A stretch of DNA of 64,000 nt from Lytechinus pictus (lineage: Eukaryota). A program made the translations under genes and the position numbers. Positions 60,776 to 64,000 of the stretch are shown one piece after another. The notes beneath the pieces were generated by a model that worked only from the letters and a program-made list of their open reading frames with translations, was not told the DNA's origin and made no database searches. The stretch covers positions 38,812,001 to 38,876,000 of the forward strand of contig NC_087247.1 in assembly GCF_037042905.1 (NCBI RefSeq). Reading direction: 5' to 3'. Within the stretch, counting starts at the first letter, position 1. Every line of letters starts with the position of its first letter.

Positions 60776-63700
60776 TACTAGGAAAACTCTACCCATTAAT
60801 GCATCAACAGGATGAATAGATGGCTGTTAGGTCACTCACTCTGTCTCGGCTTTACAGACTGTCAGCATAGTCTGTTGTGAATGGCTGCACATCAGGCCTT
60901 GGTCTTGCTCCGTTATTTTTCTTAAAGCTCAAAGGCATCCATGTTCCCTATTCCTAGGATGCGTTTCAACAACATTTTCATCTCATTCTGACTGGTTGTC
61001 AGACTTGTATAACTTGGTTTTGATTGGCCGAGTAGCACAGAGTATGGTAACTGTTGGAGCCTTTTCAAGTTTTCAGTGCTGATAACTTTCACGAAACAGT
61101 CTCCTATATGAATTCCAACGATCTCCTGTATCAATTCCCCAAAGCAATTACTGTACTCTCTCTATACAAAATATTGAAGTATATGTTGTGACAGATCTTT
61201 CATTACTACTGCTTATGAATGGTGGAATAACCTGCCTAAAGTTGAATCACAGGCAGTGCTTCAAAATAGTTAAGTTTATTTTACATCTTTTACAAAATCT
61301 CTTAAAACCACTAGAAAATGAACTGGTAGCAAACACATTTTCTTATCCATCAGAATTCTTAGACTTTGCTCTCCTGCCATTCATTTATCTTTCATCATTA
61401 GTTTTCCTTCCCATTCTTCCTCATCCCTTTTCCATTCTTTTTATTTTCCTTGCTCCTCATCAATCATATTTCCTATGCTGTGTCTACTTTGAGGTCACAG
61501 TTATAAAAGCTAATTTCTTGATGTCAGGTAAATTTGTGGATTGTTGTATAGTGCTGGACAATACAATAAAAATCATTACTCAAAACATTGATTAAAAGCT
61601 TAATTTGCATCCAATATTGGGAATACAGCAGAAAATCAGTCAGTAAATGTTGCCTGAAATTATTTAAACATATTCTAGCATGTGCTGATATATGTTGGTT
61701 AGTTTCAGTGTACTTGGTTTAGTTGGTTTTATGCTTTGATTTAATAATTTCATGTTTGGTCAACAAAAATGAATTCAGAACTGACTTTTTGATGAACAAT
61801 TCACTTTGATTTTAGTCAAAGACTTTGTCTCATTATTATAGGTTAGCTTTAAATGCCTCAAAATGTTCATAGAGTTGGCTTCCACTTTATCCAAACACGT
61901 GACACCTGTATACTAAATTTTGAATATGATTTAGAATAAATTAAAATTACACTTAAATACCAAGTCATCCATTGTCTGTCTGCCATCTGATTTGCTTGTT
62001 ACATATTCAACCTAATCTACTTGATATGAGACTCGAGAAATTTTTCAAGTGAGTTGCCAGAAAAAGACAGAACTATGATATGGTCAATAAACTGTATCTG
62101 CCTTCAAATATACAAAATGTATGTTGGTTGAAATTTGGAAATGCATATTTATCATTTCCAGGATGCATGTGTAGTTTTCAAAAGTATGACACTATGTTAA
62201 CATTTAAAAAAAAAAGCTATTTTTTTGTTGACCCAAATAATTTGTGGTGTCGTGTGGTATATATTGACACTCCAAAATGTTGTGCCACTTTGTAGCAAAG
62301 TTACTACATAATTGAATTATCGTACAATGAAAAACTGCTGCAGTAAGGTCACAATGGATCATTTCTCCTATAATACTTGGGTCTGTTTGCATTATACGAT
62401 GAACACCCAATTTTAGATAAACACAATGTTTAGATTTTCTTCATAATCTTGTCCAAAGTAGCCATATTTTTCTCCCTTGGAGGTTGATATAACATACACC
62501 ACATCATTATGCAAATAACATCAGGGCAATTCCATAGGTTGGTGGACATGAGCTCAATGTGTCTTTGTACATATAGCCCATCTGAACCCTAAGTAACCAC
62601 TTTATCTGCACCCCTAGTAAAAACCAGGTGTTCTTTATTTCTTTAATTATATACAAATTTGTCTCCTTAATATACTTCTTTGAAATGGATATAATCAACT
62701 TTCATAAAAGCCTTGTACGAGGACACTTTTCACTTATGTCCACTTTTCATTTTATGCATGCCCAAATCATGTAACATGAGTAACCGACACATTTCAAAGA
62801 TTTGCCAGGAGCATAATGAAATTTCCCAAGTTTTGTTTTTATACAAAGGATAGTCAGACTGCATACTATGTTGTGATAAAGAGATGTTTAGTTCCTATCA
62901 ATAATAATGGAGTTATAGCTCCAAGTATGAGTCAAGGTGTCTCCAAATGTAACGTGGGTAACCGTGGAATAGCCCATCACAATTGACAGCACAGCCATTG
63001 CTGGTGCCTGCTGCAGCAAAAATTTGCATTAATTTTCAACCTCCGTTTACAGTTACCGGTATCCAAGACATAACTTTAGACAAGAAAGTTAAGAAATAAG
63101 ACATTCTAATTACACTTACATAGATTGATTTCATTGATCTAAGGTGTAAATTTCGATCTAAATATTGTGAAAAATTAAAATAAAAAGAAAACTGAACATT
63201 TTATTCTTGTAGAAGCGTTAATGGAGATGCTCTTACTGGTTTCATTCAAACTCAATGATGGGGGAAAAAACGTAACTTACAGGAATGGGCATAATCAAGA
63301 ATATGCAACAAGTGAGCTGATGTCACATCTCCTTTTGTATTTTGCACAGGAAATATGAATTTATTATTTTTTTTTCATACTGTACAAAAAATATTTCCCT
63401 TGCTGCAGAAAAATGTTTCAGCATTGATGGCTCATGCCAAACAATTAAGGATATAATCTTGTTTTAATATTCTTGGAGCAGAAAACGTAAAATAGAATAA
63501 AAATTTAGGATGAGATTTCATAAGCCCACTTGTGGAAATTCATACCATGCATACAACTATTTAACCAAATAATGCAAAACTTAGAAATGGCATAACAGAC
63601 TTATTTTTCAAGACATGACAATAAATGAAATGCAAAAATATTTGAAGGTATCTTTCTTTAGATTTATTTACATAACACATTATTTACATCAAAATGACCA

Positions 63701-64000
63701 GTCCTGACTTATGATTTATTAGACATACAACAGTTTGCACCAATCAAATCATCCCCTGGACATGAAAGTAGCTTACATCAATCATGTGGTGTAGATAAAA
63801 ATAAAAGCATGATTATTTTGTCACTAATATCAGCAAAGAGAAAATGCACATTTAGTAAACAGCAAGAGTATTAAGAAATTTAAAATACTGTATCATTACA
63901 AAAATTACAAAAACTTCAGATCTGATTTTAGACAGAAAAGTAACATTCCTCTTCAAGGCTTAAATTCCCTATATTCAAGACTTATTAATTTGGACACCTT

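Noticed and set aside
60780-64000. Additional gene at the right edge
   Set aside because: AT-rich, UTR-like or intergenic sequence with no supportable exon or motif.

Overview
Animal genomic DNA: AT-rich, intron-containing and dense in transposons. The repeat families resemble those of sea urchins, which is an inference only. There are three spliced host genes. (1) A canonical mitochondrial succinic semialdehyde dehydrogenase, ALDH5A1 (minus strand, 9 coding exons, 41468..24537, 548 aa). (2) A tandem, intact but diverged ALDH5A1 paralogue (minus strand, 9 coding exons with identical intron positions, 13860..4413, 485 aa). It lacks the mitochondrial presequence, two of the three succinic-semialdehyde carboxylate-binding residues and the redox-switch Cys, so it is a candidate new cytosolic aldehyde dehydrogenase. 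(3) GTF3C6, a TFIIIC subunit (plus strand, 5 exons, 54813..60775). A young, intact BEL/Pao LTR retrotransposon (45698..54168, 1614-bp LTRs) lies between ALDH5A1 and GTF3C6. It is flanked by an anomalous ~190-bp direct duplication instead of a short TSD. The rest is MITEs (Kolobok-, hAT-, Harbinger-, piggyBac- and CACTA-like), Helentron-associated HINEs, SINE/LINE relics, mini- and microsatellites, and two assembly gaps. Human and spinach residue numbers quoted below are from memory and need alignment checks.
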